NCBI GenBank assembly: GCA_963721385.1
Contig: CAVRJB010000013.1
Span: forward strand, 548,338 to 612,337
Source of the DNA: an uncultured Acidobacteriota bacterium
GTDB lineage: Bacteria; Acidobacteriota; Thermoanaerobaculia; UBA5066
DNA length: 64,000 nt
Direction of reading: 5' to 3'
The notes beneath the pieces were generated by a model. That model was not told the DNA's origin, did no database searches, and saw only the letters and a program-made list of their open reading frames with translations. Position 1 is the first letter of the stretch, and each line of letters opens with the position of its first letter. Made by a program: the position numbers and the translations under genes. Below, in pieces: positions 24,972 to 38,000 of this stretch.

Positions 24972-26680
24972 CGCCGGAAAAAGTCCGGAAGATCGTGACG
25001 AGGAGGCTGCTCTCCGCCGCCGGCGTCATCCTCCTCGCCGTCGGGGCGTGGGCCGGCGCCGAAGCGGCCCGCCGGACGTTCTGGACGACGACGGACGAGC
25101 CGTACCACGTCGCGTCGGCGCGGGAGCTCCGCTCCGGGCCCGGGCTCGTCTCGAACGTCGAGCACCCTGTCCTGATGAAGGTGCTCGCCGCCGCCGCCCT
25201 TCCGCGAGAAAAGGCCGCCTTGCCCGTCGACGAGACGCGCGAGGCCCGACGCTTCTTTCCGGCCGTCTTCGCGCTCCTCGTCCTCGTCGCCGGCGCGTGG
25301 GCCGTAAAACGGGGGGGCGTCTCGCTCGGCCTCGCCGCCGCGGCGCTGCTGGCGCTCGAGCCGTCGCTCCGCGGGCACGGCGCCCTCGTGACGAGCGACG
25401 TCCTCGTCGCGCTCTTCCTCGTGGCGGCCGCAGCCGCGGCCGACCGCGCGGGCGCGGGGCGCTCCGGCCCGCGTCCTGCGTGGCTCGCCGCCGCAGGAGC
25501 GCTCTACGGCCTCGGATTGGCGTCGAAGTACTCTGCGGCGCCTTATCTCGCCGCCTTCGCCCTGTTCGCGGTCCTCGCCGCGCTTCGGGCCGGGGCCCCG
25601 GGATTCCGCCCCCGTTTCTTCGGGATCTCACGCGCCGCGGCCCTGCTCGTCTTCGTCTCGGTCACGACGCTCGCGGCGGTCCAGGCCGCCGCGTTCGCGA
25701 CGACTTCCGACGCCGACTTCCGCCGCGGCCTCGCCGCCCAGTTCGTGGGACTCCCCCAGCGCCCCGCCGTGGAGCGCATCGCCGACCGCCTCCCCCGCTG
25801 GGCCGCCGCCTACGGTGCGGGCCTTCTCTTCGTCCGGGGCGTCGCCGGACCCGGAGAGCGGATCAACTACTTCCTCGGAGAGGCCTCGGGCCTCGGGTTT
25901 CCCGCCTATTTCCCGGTCGCGCTCGCGGTCAAGCTGACGACGGCCGCCGTCCTCGCGCTTGCCCTCGCGCCGTTCGCCGCCGCGGCGGCGTTGGTCCGGG
26001 CCCCCGGACGGCGCCGGCGCCGCCTCCTCCGGCTCCTTTCGGCGCGGTCGCTCTTCCCGGCTGCCCTCGCGCTCACGTGGCTGGCCGCGGCGATGCTCTC
26101 GAACGTCGACATCGGCGTCCGGCACGTCTTCCCGGTCGTGCCCTTCTTCCTCGTGGCGGCGGCGGGCGTCGGGCGGACGTTCCTCGGCGGCCGGCGCGCC
26201 GCGATCCTTGCCCTCGCGGTGGTCCTGCTCGCCGGCGCAGAGGCCGCGGTCCGGCATGGGCGCGAGATCTCGTTCGGGAACCTCTTCGCGGGCGGAAACG
26301 CCGGCCTCCCGCAGATCGTCTCGGACTCGAACGTCGACTGGAGCCAGGAGCAGGGCCGCATCTTTGCGCGGTCACGCCTCGGCGATCTCGGCCGCGTCGG
26401 CGTCGTCGCCCTCTACGTCGACGAGGAAGCCGCCCGCAATGCCGGCATCGCCGGGATGGTCTACCGGCCCGACGCGCCCGTCGACGCGGTCTTCTTCTCG
26501 CGCCACCTCTGGGACCTCGCCCCCGCCGTCGAGCGGTGCCCCGAGTCGTTCCCGAAGATCGTCTGGGCGCGAGAATGGCTCCCGCCTCTCAGGCGCGGGC
26601 TCGAGGAGCGCGCGGCGTCCGTCGAGCCGTTCGGCGACGCCTACGTCCTCCTCAAGCTCAAGGCGCCGCCCGGCGGCTGA
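24968..26680 (+). CDS. GT-C fold membrane glycosyltransferase (family 39, ArnT/PMT-like)
   Basis: The GTG at 24968 forms a GTGA overlap with the upstream stop. Sequence includes TDEPYHVASARE...EHPVLMKVLAAAALP, followed by about 11 hydrophobic helices and a soluble C-terminal domain. Confidence 0.65.
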   Translation: MTPEKVRKIVTRRLLSAAGVILLAVGAWAGAEAARRTFWTTTDEPYHVASARELRSGPGLVSNVEHPVLMKVLAAAALPREKAALPVDETREARRFFPAVFALLVLVAGAWAVKRGGVSLGLAAAALLALEPSLRGHGALVTSDVLVALFLVAAAAAADRAGAGRSGPRPAWLAAAGALYGLGLASKYSAAPYLAAFALFAVLAALRAGAPGFRPRFFGISRAAALLVFVSVTTLAAVQAAAFATTSDADFRRGLAAQFVGLPQRPAVERIADRLPRWAAAYGAGLLFVRGVAGPGERINYFLGEASGLGFPAYFPVALAVKLTTAAVLALALAPFAAAAALVRAPGRRRRRLLRLLSARSLFPAALALTWLAAAMLSNVDIGVRHVFPVVPFFLVAAAGVGRTFLGGRRAAILALAVVLLAGAEAAVRHGREISFGNLFAGGNAGLPQIVSDSNVDWSQEQGRIFARSRLGDLGRVGVVALYVDEEAARNAGIAGMVYRPDAPVDAVFFSRHLWDLAPAVERCPESFPKIVWAREWLPPLRRGLEERAASVEPFGDAYVLLKLKAPPGG

Positions 26681-28566
26681 GCGTCCGCTCCCAGCCTGGC
26701 AGGGAGACGCCCGCCGCCCGCGCGGCTTCCACGCTCCGGCGGAAGCCGTCGCGCGAGGCCTCCGGGAGGCAGCCGGCGTCGCCGCGGAGGAGGAGCCTCA
26801 CGTTCACGATCCAGGGGTGGCATGGCTCGGGGCTCGCCGCGAGAAGCTTTTCCGCCTCGCCGTTCCGCCCGAGGAGCCGCGCCGCGTCGGCTGCCATCGC
26901 GACGATGCGCGCGTCGGCGGAGACCGGCCCCCGACCGGTGAGGCGGGCGCCGAGCTCGTGCGCCCGGGAGGCGTTTTTCATGTCGAGAGCGCGGACCATC
27001 TGGTCGGCGAGGGCGTCGCGGAACGGATCGAGGGTTCCCGGGAGCGGCGCGGCCCACGCCCGGCCCCAGAAAGGCCAGCCGAAGGGCGCGGCAGCGGCGA
27101 CCACCGCCGACGCCGGATGCTCGGGCCACGGGATGACGAGTGGCGGGTCGAGGTCCGGGAATGAGGGACGGTCTGATCCCCGCAGCTTTTCACCGAGAAT
27201 CCGCGCGTGGAGCCGGATCGGTGACCACGCCGGCGTGAGGGAGAGATGGTGCGGCCCGCTCGCCAGCACGGAACCGTCGGGTCGGCGCCAGATTTCGTAC
27301 GGGGTCCCGGCCGCGCGCCGTTCCGAGATCGGCTGCGGCGGAACGAGCGACGCCAGGGCATAGAGCTGCGGAAAGGGGACGAGAGCGCCAAGGACGTTGA
27401 CGCACGCGCCGGCTGCCGCGAGAACGCCCCCCGCCAACGTCCCGAGGCGCCCTCCCTCGGAAACCGCGACGCCCGCGAAGAGCATCAGCGCGGGCAGCGC
27501 CGGAACGAGCAGGCGCGGACCCCATCCCGCCTGGCCGTCCCAGGCCCACCATGCCGAGACCGCCGCAAGGACCGAGAGCGCCGAGAGAGCCATGCCGGAA
27601 GCGAGGCGCGGGTCGCGGCGGAAGAGACGGACGAAGCCCCACGGTGCAAGGAGGACGAGCGGCGCATAGAAGAGAAGCCCCTTGTTCGGGAGGAGCGTCA
27701 GCCGCAGGAAGCCCGTGAACGGCGGATACGAGAAGTCCTCGCCGGGATAGCCGCCGAAGAGCCTGCCGAACCGGACGACCTCGAACGCCGCCCAGACGAG
27801 CAGGCCGGCCCCGAAGGAGGCGAGCAGCCCCCAGCGGATTCGCCCCTCCGGCGCGGCCCGGCGGGTCCTTTTTCCCGTCCCGGGCGCCCCTTCCGAAGGC
27901 CTTTCGCGGAAGAGCGACACGGCAACGACCGGAACGACGGCGACGAAAAGAAGCGATTTCACGAGGACCGCGGCGGCCGCTGCCATTCCCGCCGCGACAG
28001 CCCAGGCGTTCTCTCGCGAGAGAGCGCCGGCCCGCAGCTCGACCGCCGCGAGAACGAGGAGAGAGAGGAGACCCGCCTGCACGGCCTCGGAGTAGTCGCT
28101 CGTCGCGTAGCTCCAGAGAAACGTCGAGAAGACGAGGGAAAGTCCGGTCGCGGCCGCGACTCCCGGCGGGGCGCCGAGCCGGGCGGCCGCGCGCGAGACT
28201 GCCCAGGCCGCGGCCACGAGCGAGAGGAGCGGGACGAGGACGAAGAGCGGGGTCGAGAAGGCGGCGGGGCGCGCGGCCACGAAGGCTCGTGAGAGCGTCG
28301 CCGGGACGGCCTCGATGAGGGAGTAGGCCCATCCCGAATCGTGAGACCGCGTCCCCGGCCGGCCGCTCCGGCGCGTTGATCCAGTCCCGCGAGACGCCGA
28401 TCTCTCCGAACCGTGCCACGGCGGCACCGGCCGAGAGCATCTCCCGTCCGTCGGGAATCGTCCCGAAGGAGCGCTCGTCGCTCGATGCAATGAGGAGGAC
28501 GAGGGCGGCGAGCGCGGCCCATCGCGGGGCGGCCGGTGACCCGGAACCTGGGCGAAAGGCGCTCAT
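26658..28566 (-). CDS. GT-C-like polytopic membrane glycosyltransferase-like protein; reading frame interrupted once
   Basis: The N-terminus is in the frame of ORF 27190..28566 (MSAFRPGSGSPAAPRWAALAALVLLIASSDERSFGTIPDGREMLSAGAAVARFGEIGVSRDWINAPE...SRFGMG). It continues in the frame of ORF 26658..28490 (YSLIEAVPATLSRAF... and many TM helices). The join is at 28326-28330 (one extra nucleotide in ggccc). Its 3' end overlaps the convergent gene by 23 nt. Confidence 0.55.
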
Positions 28567-28600
28567 TCCCGTTCCCGGCGACTATCTTAAGGACCGGGGG

Positions 28601-29221
28601 CTACTTCACGCGCTCGAGAGGCCCTTCGACGCCCAGCGGGAGCGGGAGCTTTGCGTCGACGTCCTTGTTCTTGATCAAGAGCGTGTAGATCCCCGGGTCC
28701 CACTTCTCCTTCGGCGAAGCGAAGTAGAGCGGACCGTGGGCCATCTGGAGCGTGCTCAGAACCAGCTCGGGGCGGACGATCCCTCCGTCGGGTCCGACGA
28801 AGAAGCGGATCCGCTCGGACGACCGCCGAAACGGGAAGTAACCTTCGAGGGGGTCGGACTGGATTGCGGCGAGCCGCTCGATCCGCTGCACGTCCGCGAC
28901 GTCTTCGGCGAAGCGCTTTTGCGTCGGGAGGTTCAGCCGGGTTCCGTCAGGCGTCACGAGCGTGAAGTCCTCGCGCTGGAACGCCAGCGGGCGGTTCCAG
29001 ACGGGCGTCATGTAGGTGTCGAGGAGGATCCACTTCTGGTCGAGGCTGTTCGCGGCGTACCGGTAGCCGACCACGAGCTGGATCACGTCGTCCTTGTACT
29101 GCAGGACCCGCTCCCCGAGCCGCTTGACGAAGCTCGATTCGAGGGCATCCTCCGCGACCGCGGACCCCGCGAGCAGGAATACGATGCCGAAGACTCGCGC
29201 CCGCTTCGAACTCCTGGTCAT
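28601..29221 (-). CDS. hypothetical secreted protein
   Basis: The internal ATG at 29221 is preceded by GGGAGG. The signal peptide is MTRSSKRARVFGIVFLLAGSAVAEDA. I recognise no family. Confidence 0.5.
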   Translation of the reverse strand: MTRSSKRARVFGIVFLLAGSAVAEDALESSFVKRLGERVLQYKDDVIQLVVGYRYAANSLDQKWILLDTYMTPVWNRPLAFQREDFTLVTPDGTRLNLPTQKRFAEDVADVQRIERLAAIQSDPLEGYFPFRRSSERIRFFVGPDGGIVRPELVLSTLQMAHGPLYFASPKEKWDPGIYTLLIKNKDVDAKLPLPLGVEGPLERVK

Positions 29222-29306
29222 GAGAACCTCCCGCCCCGGCCCCGAAAGGGGACACGCGGCACCGACCAAGAAGCTATAGCATGGTTCATACCGGAAGGAG
29301 GCCCGG

Positions 29307-29738
29307 ATGGGCTCGAGTCCTCTCGTCGGGGTCTGGAAGCTCCTCGTCATCGAGTTCCGATCCGAGGGCGAGGTCTACTACCCGTTCGGCCGGGAGGCGA
29401 AGGGGGTCCTGATCTTCGAGTCGGGTGGCTGGGCGTCGACCCAGATCATGCGCGCGGGCCGGGCCACGTTCGTCTCGGGGGATCAGGGCCGCGGCACGCC
29501 GGAGGAAGTCCGCGACGCCGTCGAGGGATACGTGGCCCACGCCGGGCCGTACAGTGCCGACGAGCAGCACGGAATCCTGTCGCTCGAGATCGTCTGCAGC
29601 CTCTTCCCGAACTGGGTCGGGACCGTCCAGAAGCGGTTCTACCGCCTCGACGGGAACCGGCTGATCGTCGGTACGCCTCCGCTCGTCATCGGAAGCCGGA
29701 TGACCGACGTGATGCTGATCTGGGAGCGCGTGCGCTGA
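29307..29738 (+). CDS. lipocalin-like domain protein
   Basis: ORF of 143 aa: LVGVWKLLVIEFRSEGEVYYPFGREAKGVLIFESGGWASTQIM...VAHAGPYSADEQHGILSLEIVCSLFPNWVGTVQKRFYRLDGNRLIV. This is the pattern of the bacterial lipocalin-like (PF13924-type) domain. Confidence 0.6.
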   Translation: MGSSPLVGVWKLLVIEFRSEGEVYYPFGREAKGVLIFESGGWASTQIMRAGRATFVSGDQGRGTPEEVRDAVEGYVAHAGPYSADEQHGILSLEIVCSLFPNWVGTVQKRFYRLDGNRLIVGTPPLVIGSRMTDVMLIWERVR

Positions 29739-29750
29739 CGGCTCCGCGCG

Positions 29751-32231
<2,481 letters not shown>

Positions 32232-32240
32232 GGGGCGAGG

Positions 32241-34616
32241 TTAACCCGGCGGCGACCCCGCTGCTGGGGCCGTGATCGCGCGGAACCGGGCGTCGTCCGC
32301 GAGGGACGCGAGGTCGGGCTCGATCGCGGCGCGAGCCGCCGTGAAGGCCGGGCGCTTCGCGGCCGCCTTCTCGAGGTGGGCGAGCGCCTCGTCGGGCTGC
32401 CCGAGGAGCGCCGCCGCGCAAGCCGCGTAGTAGCGCGTGAAGGGGTCGTCCGCGCCCATCCCGAGGCGCCGGGCGAAGGCGGCAAGAGACGACTCGAGAG
32501 CCGCCATCCCTTCCCTTCCCCGGCCGGACTTCACGAGCGAGCTGCCGATCCGTTCCTCGATTTCGACGAAGTGACGCTCCTTCAGCGCATGGCCGTATCG
32601 CTGGAGGAAATCCAGCTCCCGGTCGAACTCCGCGAGCGCTTCCTCGTGCCTCCCCTCGAGCGCCGCGATCTGCCCGAGCCGCGTGTGCCCGCCGACGATG
32701 AGCGCCCCTTCCCGCCCCGAGAGGAACGCGTCCTGCAGCTCGATCGCGCAGTGCGCGGCCTTCGTCGCGCGCGGGAAGTCGCGGAGGAGCGCCGCGGCGT
32801 GAGCGAGCTGGAGCGCGGCCCAGCCGTAGCGGGGATTCAGCTCGAGCGCGCGGCCGAACTCGTCGGCGGCTTCGGCGAATCGGCCGAGCCCGACGAAGTA
32901 CGCCCTCCCGAGGGAGTTGTGGACGCCGGCGTCCGACGGGTCGAGGGCGGCGGCGGCGCGGATCTCGGCGATCCCCTCCTCCACCCGCCCCAGGTCGATG
33001 AGGATGCCGCCCATCTCGCGGCGCGCCCGGACGAAGCGGGGATTCCGGTCGAGCGCCTTCCGGAACGCGAGGAGCGCGCGCTCGGAGTACTCAGGCACGC
33101 TCAGGTAGGACGCCTTCAGGTCGTACGCGCTCCCGAGCTCCGCCCAGGCGCGCGCCCATCCGGGGTCGAACGCCGTGGCCCGCTCGAAGAGGACGATCGC
33201 CCGGTCGAGCGCCTCGGCGCTCTCGGCCCGGAGGTTGACGACCCCCTTCGTCAGCGCCTCGTACGCCTCCAGGACCTGCGTCTCATCCCCTTCCGGCGCG
33301 CCGGCCGGGACGGCGAGGTCGAGGCCCGCGGCCAGTTCGCGGACGACGCGGTCCTGGAGCGCGAAGAGGCCGTCCATCGTCCCGTCGAGCTTCACGGTCC
33401 GAAGGACGGCGCCGGTCGCGGTCTCGGTGAGACGGGCCGTGACGCGGACCGTGCCGCCCAGCCGCTGGTAGCCGCCGCTGACGACCCAGCGGGCGCCCAG
33501 CTCGCGCCCGACGTCCACGGCGATCTCCGCGCCCGGCGACTCCCCCGGCCCCGTCAGCTTCTGGAGGGCTTCGTGGACGCGCTCGCGTGCGACGACGGAG
33601 ACCCCCTCGACCGCCTTGAGGTCGGCCGCGGCGGTCTCGGCGATTCCGGTTCCGAGCCAGTCGTCCTCGCCGTTTTTCGTGATGTTCTCGAACGCGAGGA
33701 CGGCGATCGAGCGCCCCGGCCCGCGCGTCGCCGGGAGCGAGGCCGCGGCGGGTCCCTCCTTCAGCGCCCGTTCCAGCGCCTCGAGCTCGCGCGCGACTTC
33801 CCGCATCGACGCCGGACGATCCGCCGGCTCCTTCGCGAGCATCCGCCGCACGAGGCCGTCGAGAGGGGCGGGGACCGCACCGCGGCCGGCCAGCGTCGCC
33901 GGCTCCGCGTGGCGGATCGCGTCGATCACCTCCACGGCGTTCGCCCCCCGGAACGGCACCTCGCCCGTGAGCAGCTCGTAGAGGACGACGCCGAGCGAGA
34001 AGACGTCGCTGCGGCCGTCCACGTCGCGCCCGAGGGCCTGCTCGGGAGACATGTAGGCAATCGTGCCGAGAAGCCCTGGCGGAGTCCCCGCGCCGCTCGC
34101 GAAGACGCTCCAGGTGTCGTCCGAGCTGCCGGCCGGGGGGACGTACGCGGCGACGCCGAAGTCGAGGACCTTGACGTGCCCCGCCTCTGAGACCATCACG
34201 TTCGACGGCTTCACGTCCCGGTGGATGACGCCGCGCTCGTGCGCGGCCGCGAGCGCCTCGGCCACCTGGCGCGTGAGCTCGAGAATCCGGGGAAGCGCGC
34301 AGGCGTTTCGCTCGACGTACGCCTTGAGCGTCTCCCCCTCGACGTACTCCATGGCGATGAAGTTCCGTCGCGCCCCGTCCTTCTCCATCTCGGAGACCTC
34401 GTAGATGACGCCGATCGCGGGATGGGAGAGCTGGGAGGCGAGGCGCGCCTCGCGGAGAAGCCGGAGACGCGCCGCGTCGCCTCCGGCGAACGCTTTCAGG
34501 ATCTTCAGCGCCACCCGCCGGTGGAGCTCGCGGTCCTCGGCGAGGAAGACCTCGCTCATCCCTCCCGAGCCGAGGAGCTTGATCACGCGGTAGCGGGAGG
34601 TGCGGTCGACGTCCAT
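32241..34616 (-). CDS. Ser/Thr protein kinase with TolB-N-like and TPR C-terminal domains
   Basis: ORF of 791 aa. Kinase motifs present: YRVIKLLGSGGMSEVFLA (Gly loop), VALKILK, HRDVKPSNVM, DFGVA, YMSPEQ. These are followed by SIAVLAFENITKNGEDDWLGTGIAE..., and then multiple TPR-like repeats. Confidence 0.85.
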   Translation of the reverse strand: MDVDRTSRYRVIKLLGSGGMSEVFLAEDRELHRRVALKILKAFAGGDAARLRLLREARLASQLSHPAIGVIYEVSEMEKDGARRNFIAMEYVEGETLKAYVERNACALPRILELTRQVAEALAAAHERGVIHRDVKPSNVMVSEAGHVKVLDFGVAAYVPPAGSSDDTWSVFASGAGTPPGLLGTIAYMSPEQALGRDVDGRSDVFSLGVVLYELLTGEVPFRGANAVEVIDAIRHAEPATLAGRGAVPAPLDGLVRRMLAKEPADRPASMREVARELEALERALKEGPAAASLPATRGPGRSIAVLAFENITKNGEDDWLGTGIAETAAADLKAVEGVSVVARERVHEALQKLTGPGESPGAEIAVDVGRELGARWVVSGGYQRLGGTVRVTARLTETATGAVLRTVKLDGTMDGLFALQDRVVRELAAGLDLAVPAGAPEGDETQVLEAYEALTKGVVNLRAESAEALDRAIVLFERATAFDPGWARAWAELGSAYDLKASYLSVPEYSERALLAFRKALDRNPRFVRARREMGGILIDLGRVEEGIAEIRAAAALDPSDAGVHNSLGRAYFVGLGRFAEAADEFGRALELNPRYGWAALQLAHAAALLRDFPRATKAAHCAIELQDAFLSGREGALIVGGHTRLGQIAALEGRHEEALAEFDRELDFLQRYGHALKERHFVEIEERIGSSLVKSGRGREGMAALESSLAAFARRLGMGADDPFTRYYAACAAALLGQPDEALAHLEKAAAKRPAFTAARAAIEPDLASLADDARFRAITAPAAGSPPG

Positions 34617-34665
34617 CGGTGAGACGGAATCTTATTCCCCACCCGCCGCCCCGATAATCCGCTCC

Positions 34666-35835
34666 ATGAAGCCGCCGCCGGGAAACGTCCGAGAAGTGGC
34701 GGCGCTTTTCCTGAAGCTCGGGCTGACCGCGTTCGGCGGCCCGGCGGCCCACGTGGCGATGATGGAGGACGAGGTCGTCCGGCGCCGTGGCTGGTTGACG
34801 CGGGAGGAGTTCGTCGACCTGATGTCGGCCGTGAACCTGATCCCGGGTCCCAACTCCACCGAGATGGCGATCCACGTGGGAAGGCTCCGGGCCGGCACGC
34901 CCGGACTTCTCGCGGCCGGGGCCTGCTTCATCCTGCCGGCTGCTTTCATGACGGCCGCCCTCGCCTGGGCTTACGTCCGCTATGGCGCCGCCCCGGCGTT
35001 CCCCGCGATCCTCAAGGGGATCCAGCCGGTCGTCCTCGCGATCGTCCTTGTCGCGTTCGCCCGCCTCTCCTCCGCGGCCGCGAAGACCCGGTCTCTCGCC
35101 TTCCTCGCAGTGGCGGTCTTCGCGCTCTCGCTCCTTCGCGGCCACGAGCTGTTGCTCCTCGGCGCAGGCGGAGTCCTCGGGATGCTGCTCACGCTGCGAG
35201 GAAAGGCATCGGAAAAGCCGAAGAACGGCGCCGCCGCCGGCCTCCTCGCCGCCGCCGTTCTGTCGCCTTCGAGAGCTTTTTCCTCGGCGTCGGCTCTCTC
35301 GACGGCTGTCGCGGCTTTCTCCCTCCCGTCGCTCTTCCTCGTCTTCCTGAAGATCGGGTCGGTCCTCTTCGGCAGCGGCTACGTCCTCCTGGCCTTTCTC
35401 GAGAACGACCTCGTGGCCCGCCGAGGCTGGCTCACCGAGACACAGCTCCTCGACGCCGTCGCCGCGGGGCAGTTCACTCCCGGTCCCGTCTTCACGACGG
35501 CGACGTTCGTCGGCTACCTCCTCGGCCGGGGGCCGGGCGCCGTCATCGCCACCCTCGGCATCTTCCTGCCGGCCTTCGTCTTCGTCGGGGCGACGGCGCC
35601 GCTCGTCACACGCCTGCGGGCGTCGCGGCCGCTCGGCGGCTTCCTCGACGGGCTGAACGCCTCGTCCCTCGGGCTGATGGGTGCCGTGACCGTGACGCTG
35701 ACGGGCGCCGCGGTGACCGGAGTCGCGACCGCGGCCTTCGCCGCCGCCGCCCTCGGGCTGCTCGTCGCGACGCGCCTCAACTCCGCGTGGCTCGTCCTCG
35801 CCGGCGGCGCGGCCGGGGCGCTTTTCCTGCGCTGA
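34666..35835 (+). CDS. chrA: chromate ion transporter (CHR family, two-domain)
   Basis: MKPPPGNVREVAALFLKLGLTAFGGPAAHVAMMEDEVVRRRGWLTREEFVDLMSAVNLIPGPNSTEMA. A second CHR repeat follows: FLKIGSVLFGSGYVLLAFLENDLVARRGWLTETQLLDAVAAGQFTPGPVF. Confidence 0.85.
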   Translation: MKPPPGNVREVAALFLKLGLTAFGGPAAHVAMMEDEVVRRRGWLTREEFVDLMSAVNLIPGPNSTEMAIHVGRLRAGTPGLLAAGACFILPAAFMTAALAWAYVRYGAAPAFPAILKGIQPVVLAIVLVAFARLSSAAAKTRSLAFLAVAVFALSLLRGHELLLLGAGGVLGMLLTLRGKASEKPKNGAAAGLLAAAVLSPSRAFSSASALSTAVAAFSLPSLFLVFLKIGSVLFGSGYVLLAFLENDLVARRGWLTETQLLDAVAAGQFTPGPVFTTATFVGYLLGRGPGAVIATLGIFLPAFVFVGATAPLVTRLRASRPLGGFLDGLNASSLGLMGAVTVTLTGAAVTGVATAAFAAAALGLLVATRLNSAWLVLAGGAAGALFLR

Positions 35836-35841
35836 CCGGGG

Positions 35842-36306
35842 CTACTTCTTCCGCTGCGGCGGCGCGGCCTCGGGGCCCCGGAGCATCTTCCGGACCTCCC
35901 CGACATGCGCCTCCTCGGTCCCGATCATCTTCCGCGCGTACTCCTCGAGCATGACGGACTTCCCCTCCACGAGCCCGATCAGTTCGCTGTAGAGGTCGAG
36001 GGCCATCGTCTCGTGCTCGAGCGCCTCCGCCAGAATGTCGGAGAGGTCGTGCCGGTGCGTGTCGAGGAGCGGCCCGATCGCCAGCGACGGGTGCCCGCCG
36101 AGGCTCGTGATCATCTCCCCCGCTTCCGTGGCGTGGAGGAGGGACTCCGAGGCCTGGCCGCGGAGCCACTGCACGATCGCGATCCGGTGGAAGCCGAAGA
36201 CCATGAACGAGTAGTGGGTGTACCGGACCACGCCGGCCAGCTCGGCCTCGAGAATCCGGTTGAGCTGGCGGACCACCGCCCCCGTGTCGTACGTCGCGCG
36301 TGCCAT
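35842..36306 (-). CDS. bfr: bacterioferritin-family ferritin-like protein
   Basis: The internal ATG at 36306 has an upstream GAGGAG. Sequence: VVRQLNRILEAELAGVVRYTHYSFMVFG...ASESLLHATEAGEMITSLGG...ILAEALEHETMALDLY...GTEEAHVGEVRKML. It is a four-helix diiron-type E/H pattern. Confidence 0.65.
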   Translation of the reverse strand: MARATYDTGAVVRQLNRILEAELAGVVRYTHYSFMVFGFHRIAIVQWLRGQASESLLHATEAGEMITSLGGHPSLAIGPLLDTHRHDLSDILAEALEHETMALDLYSELIGLVEGKSVMLEEYARKMIGTEEAHVGEVRKMLRGPEAAPPQRKK

Positions 36307-36407
36307 CGAAAGCTCCTCGCTCGTTGCCGTGCGCCCCCCGACGACGGCGGTCGGGCGCATCATAAGGGAGGCTGCATTCCCCGAAGCTCCGGCAGGAGGC
36401 GCGACCG

Positions 36408-38000
36408 ATGAGACGCTGGAACGGCTGGGGAGACGAGACGGTTACGGCGACTCTCCCGCCGCGCGCAATCCCATTTCTCGGCGACCGGCTCGGCGCGGGC
36501 GTGCATCCACGCGACGCGCCGCTTCACGACGTCCTCGGGCGCCTTCCGCCGCCGCGCCTCCCGGCGGAGGGCGCTCTCGACGCCGAGCCGCTCTCCCGGC
36601 TGCTCCACGCTCGCGGGCAGAGCCTTCCCGACTGGATCGCCCTACGGAGCGGCCGCATCCGCACCTTCCCCGACCTCGTGGCGTGGCCGGAGTCCGTGGC
36701 CGACGTGAACGACTTGATCGGACTCGCGCAGAAGTGCGGCGCCTCTCTCATTCCCTTCGGCGGCGGAACGAGCGTGGTCGGGCACGTCAATCCGATCGCG
36801 GGAGCCCGCCCGGTCATCAGCGTCGATCTCTCCCGCATGAGTCTTCTCCGCCGCCTCGACGACAGGAGCCGCCTCGCCGCTTTCGGGGCCGGAATCAAGG
36901 GCCCCGACCTCGAGGCCGCGCTACGGACCCACGGCTTCACGCTGGGACACTTTCCCCAGTCCTTCGAGTTCTCGACGCTGGGCGGCTGGGTCGCCACGCG
37001 CTCGTGCGGGCAGCAGTCCCTCGGCTATGGGCGGATCGAGAGGCTCTTCGCGGGCTGCCGGATGGAGACCCCCGCCGGCCCCCTCGAGATCCCCGTCTTT
37101 CCCGCCTCGGCCGCGGGCCCCGACCTCAGAGAGATCGTGCTCGGCTCCGAGGGCCGTCTCGGAATCCTGACCGAGGTCACCGTTCGGGTGACGCCACTCC
37201 CCGAACGGGAGGAGTTCCTCTCCGTCTTCTTCCCGGACTGGGACGCGGGGCTCGTGGCCGCGCGCGAGATCGCCCAGGCCCGCATTCCGGTCTCCATGCT
37301 GCGGCTCGCGACGCCGGAAGAGACTGCGGCGACGCTCGTCCTGGCCGGGCACGAGAGGCTGATCGGCGCGCTGGAGGGATACCTCAGGTTCCGGGGGAAA
37401 GGAGAAACGAAGTGCCTGCTCCTCGTCGGCCTCACGGGAAGGAAAAGAGACGTCCGCTCAGCCCGGCGTGAGGTCCTGGCCTGCTCGCGGTCCCACGGCG
37501 GGGTCACCGCGGGAACGGCGTTCGGAGAAAGGTGGCGGCGGACCCGGTTCCGCGCGCCCTACCTGCGGAACACTCTCTGGGAAGCGGGCTACGCCGTCGA
37601 CACGCTCGAGACGGCCGTCCCGTGGTCCGCCCTTCCCTCCCTTCAGGTCGGCGTGGAGACGGCCCTCCGGGAAGGGCTTCGCGAGATCGGGGAGCGCGTC
37701 CACGCCTTCTCCCACCTCTCGCATCTCTACGCCGACGGATCCAGCCTCTACACGACGTATCTGTTCCGGCTGGCCGAAGATCCGGACGAGAACCTGCGCC
37801 GCTGGCAGCTTCTGAAGAGCGCCGCGAGCCGCGCGATCATGGAGGCTCGGGGGACGATCAGCCACCAGCACGGCGTCGGCATCGACCATCTCCCGTACCT
37901 CGCCTCGGAGAAGGGGCCGCTGGGGATCTCGGCCCTCCAGTCCCTCTGCCGGCACTTCGATCCCGACGGTCTCATGAACCCGGGGAAGCTCGTCCCGTGA
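36408..38000 (+). CDS. FAD-linked oxidase related to alkyldihydroxyacetonephosphate synthase (AGPS-like)
   Basis: ORF of 530 aa. The N-terminal MRRWNGWGDE matches the WNGWG motif characteristic of AGPS. It has a PCMH-type FAD-binding domain (VAWPESVADVNDLIGLAQKCGASLIPFGGGTSVVGH) and a C-terminal GTISHQHGVGIDHLPYL. Confidence 0.75.
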   Translation: MRRWNGWGDETVTATLPPRAIPFLGDRLGAGVHPRDAPLHDVLGRLPPPRLPAEGALDAEPLSRLLHARGQSLPDWIALRSGRIRTFPDLVAWPESVADVNDLIGLAQKCGASLIPFGGGTSVVGHVNPIAGARPVISVDLSRMSLLRRLDDRSRLAAFGAGIKGPDLEAALRTHGFTLGHFPQSFEFSTLGGWVATRSCGQQSLGYGRIERLFAGCRMETPAGPLEIPVFPASAAGPDLREIVLGSEGRLGILTEVTVRVTPLPEREEFLSVFFPDWDAGLVAAREIAQARIPVSMLRLATPEETAATLVLAGHERLIGALEGYLRFRGKGETKCLLLVGLTGRKRDVRSARREVLACSRSHGGVTAGTAFGERWRRTRFRAPYLRNTLWEAGYAVDTLETAVPWSALPSLQVGVETALREGLREIGERVHAFSHLSHLYADGSSLYTTYLFRLAEDPDENLRRWQLLKSAASRAIMEARGTISHQHGVGIDHLPYLASEKGPLGISALQSLCRHFDPDGLMNPGKLVP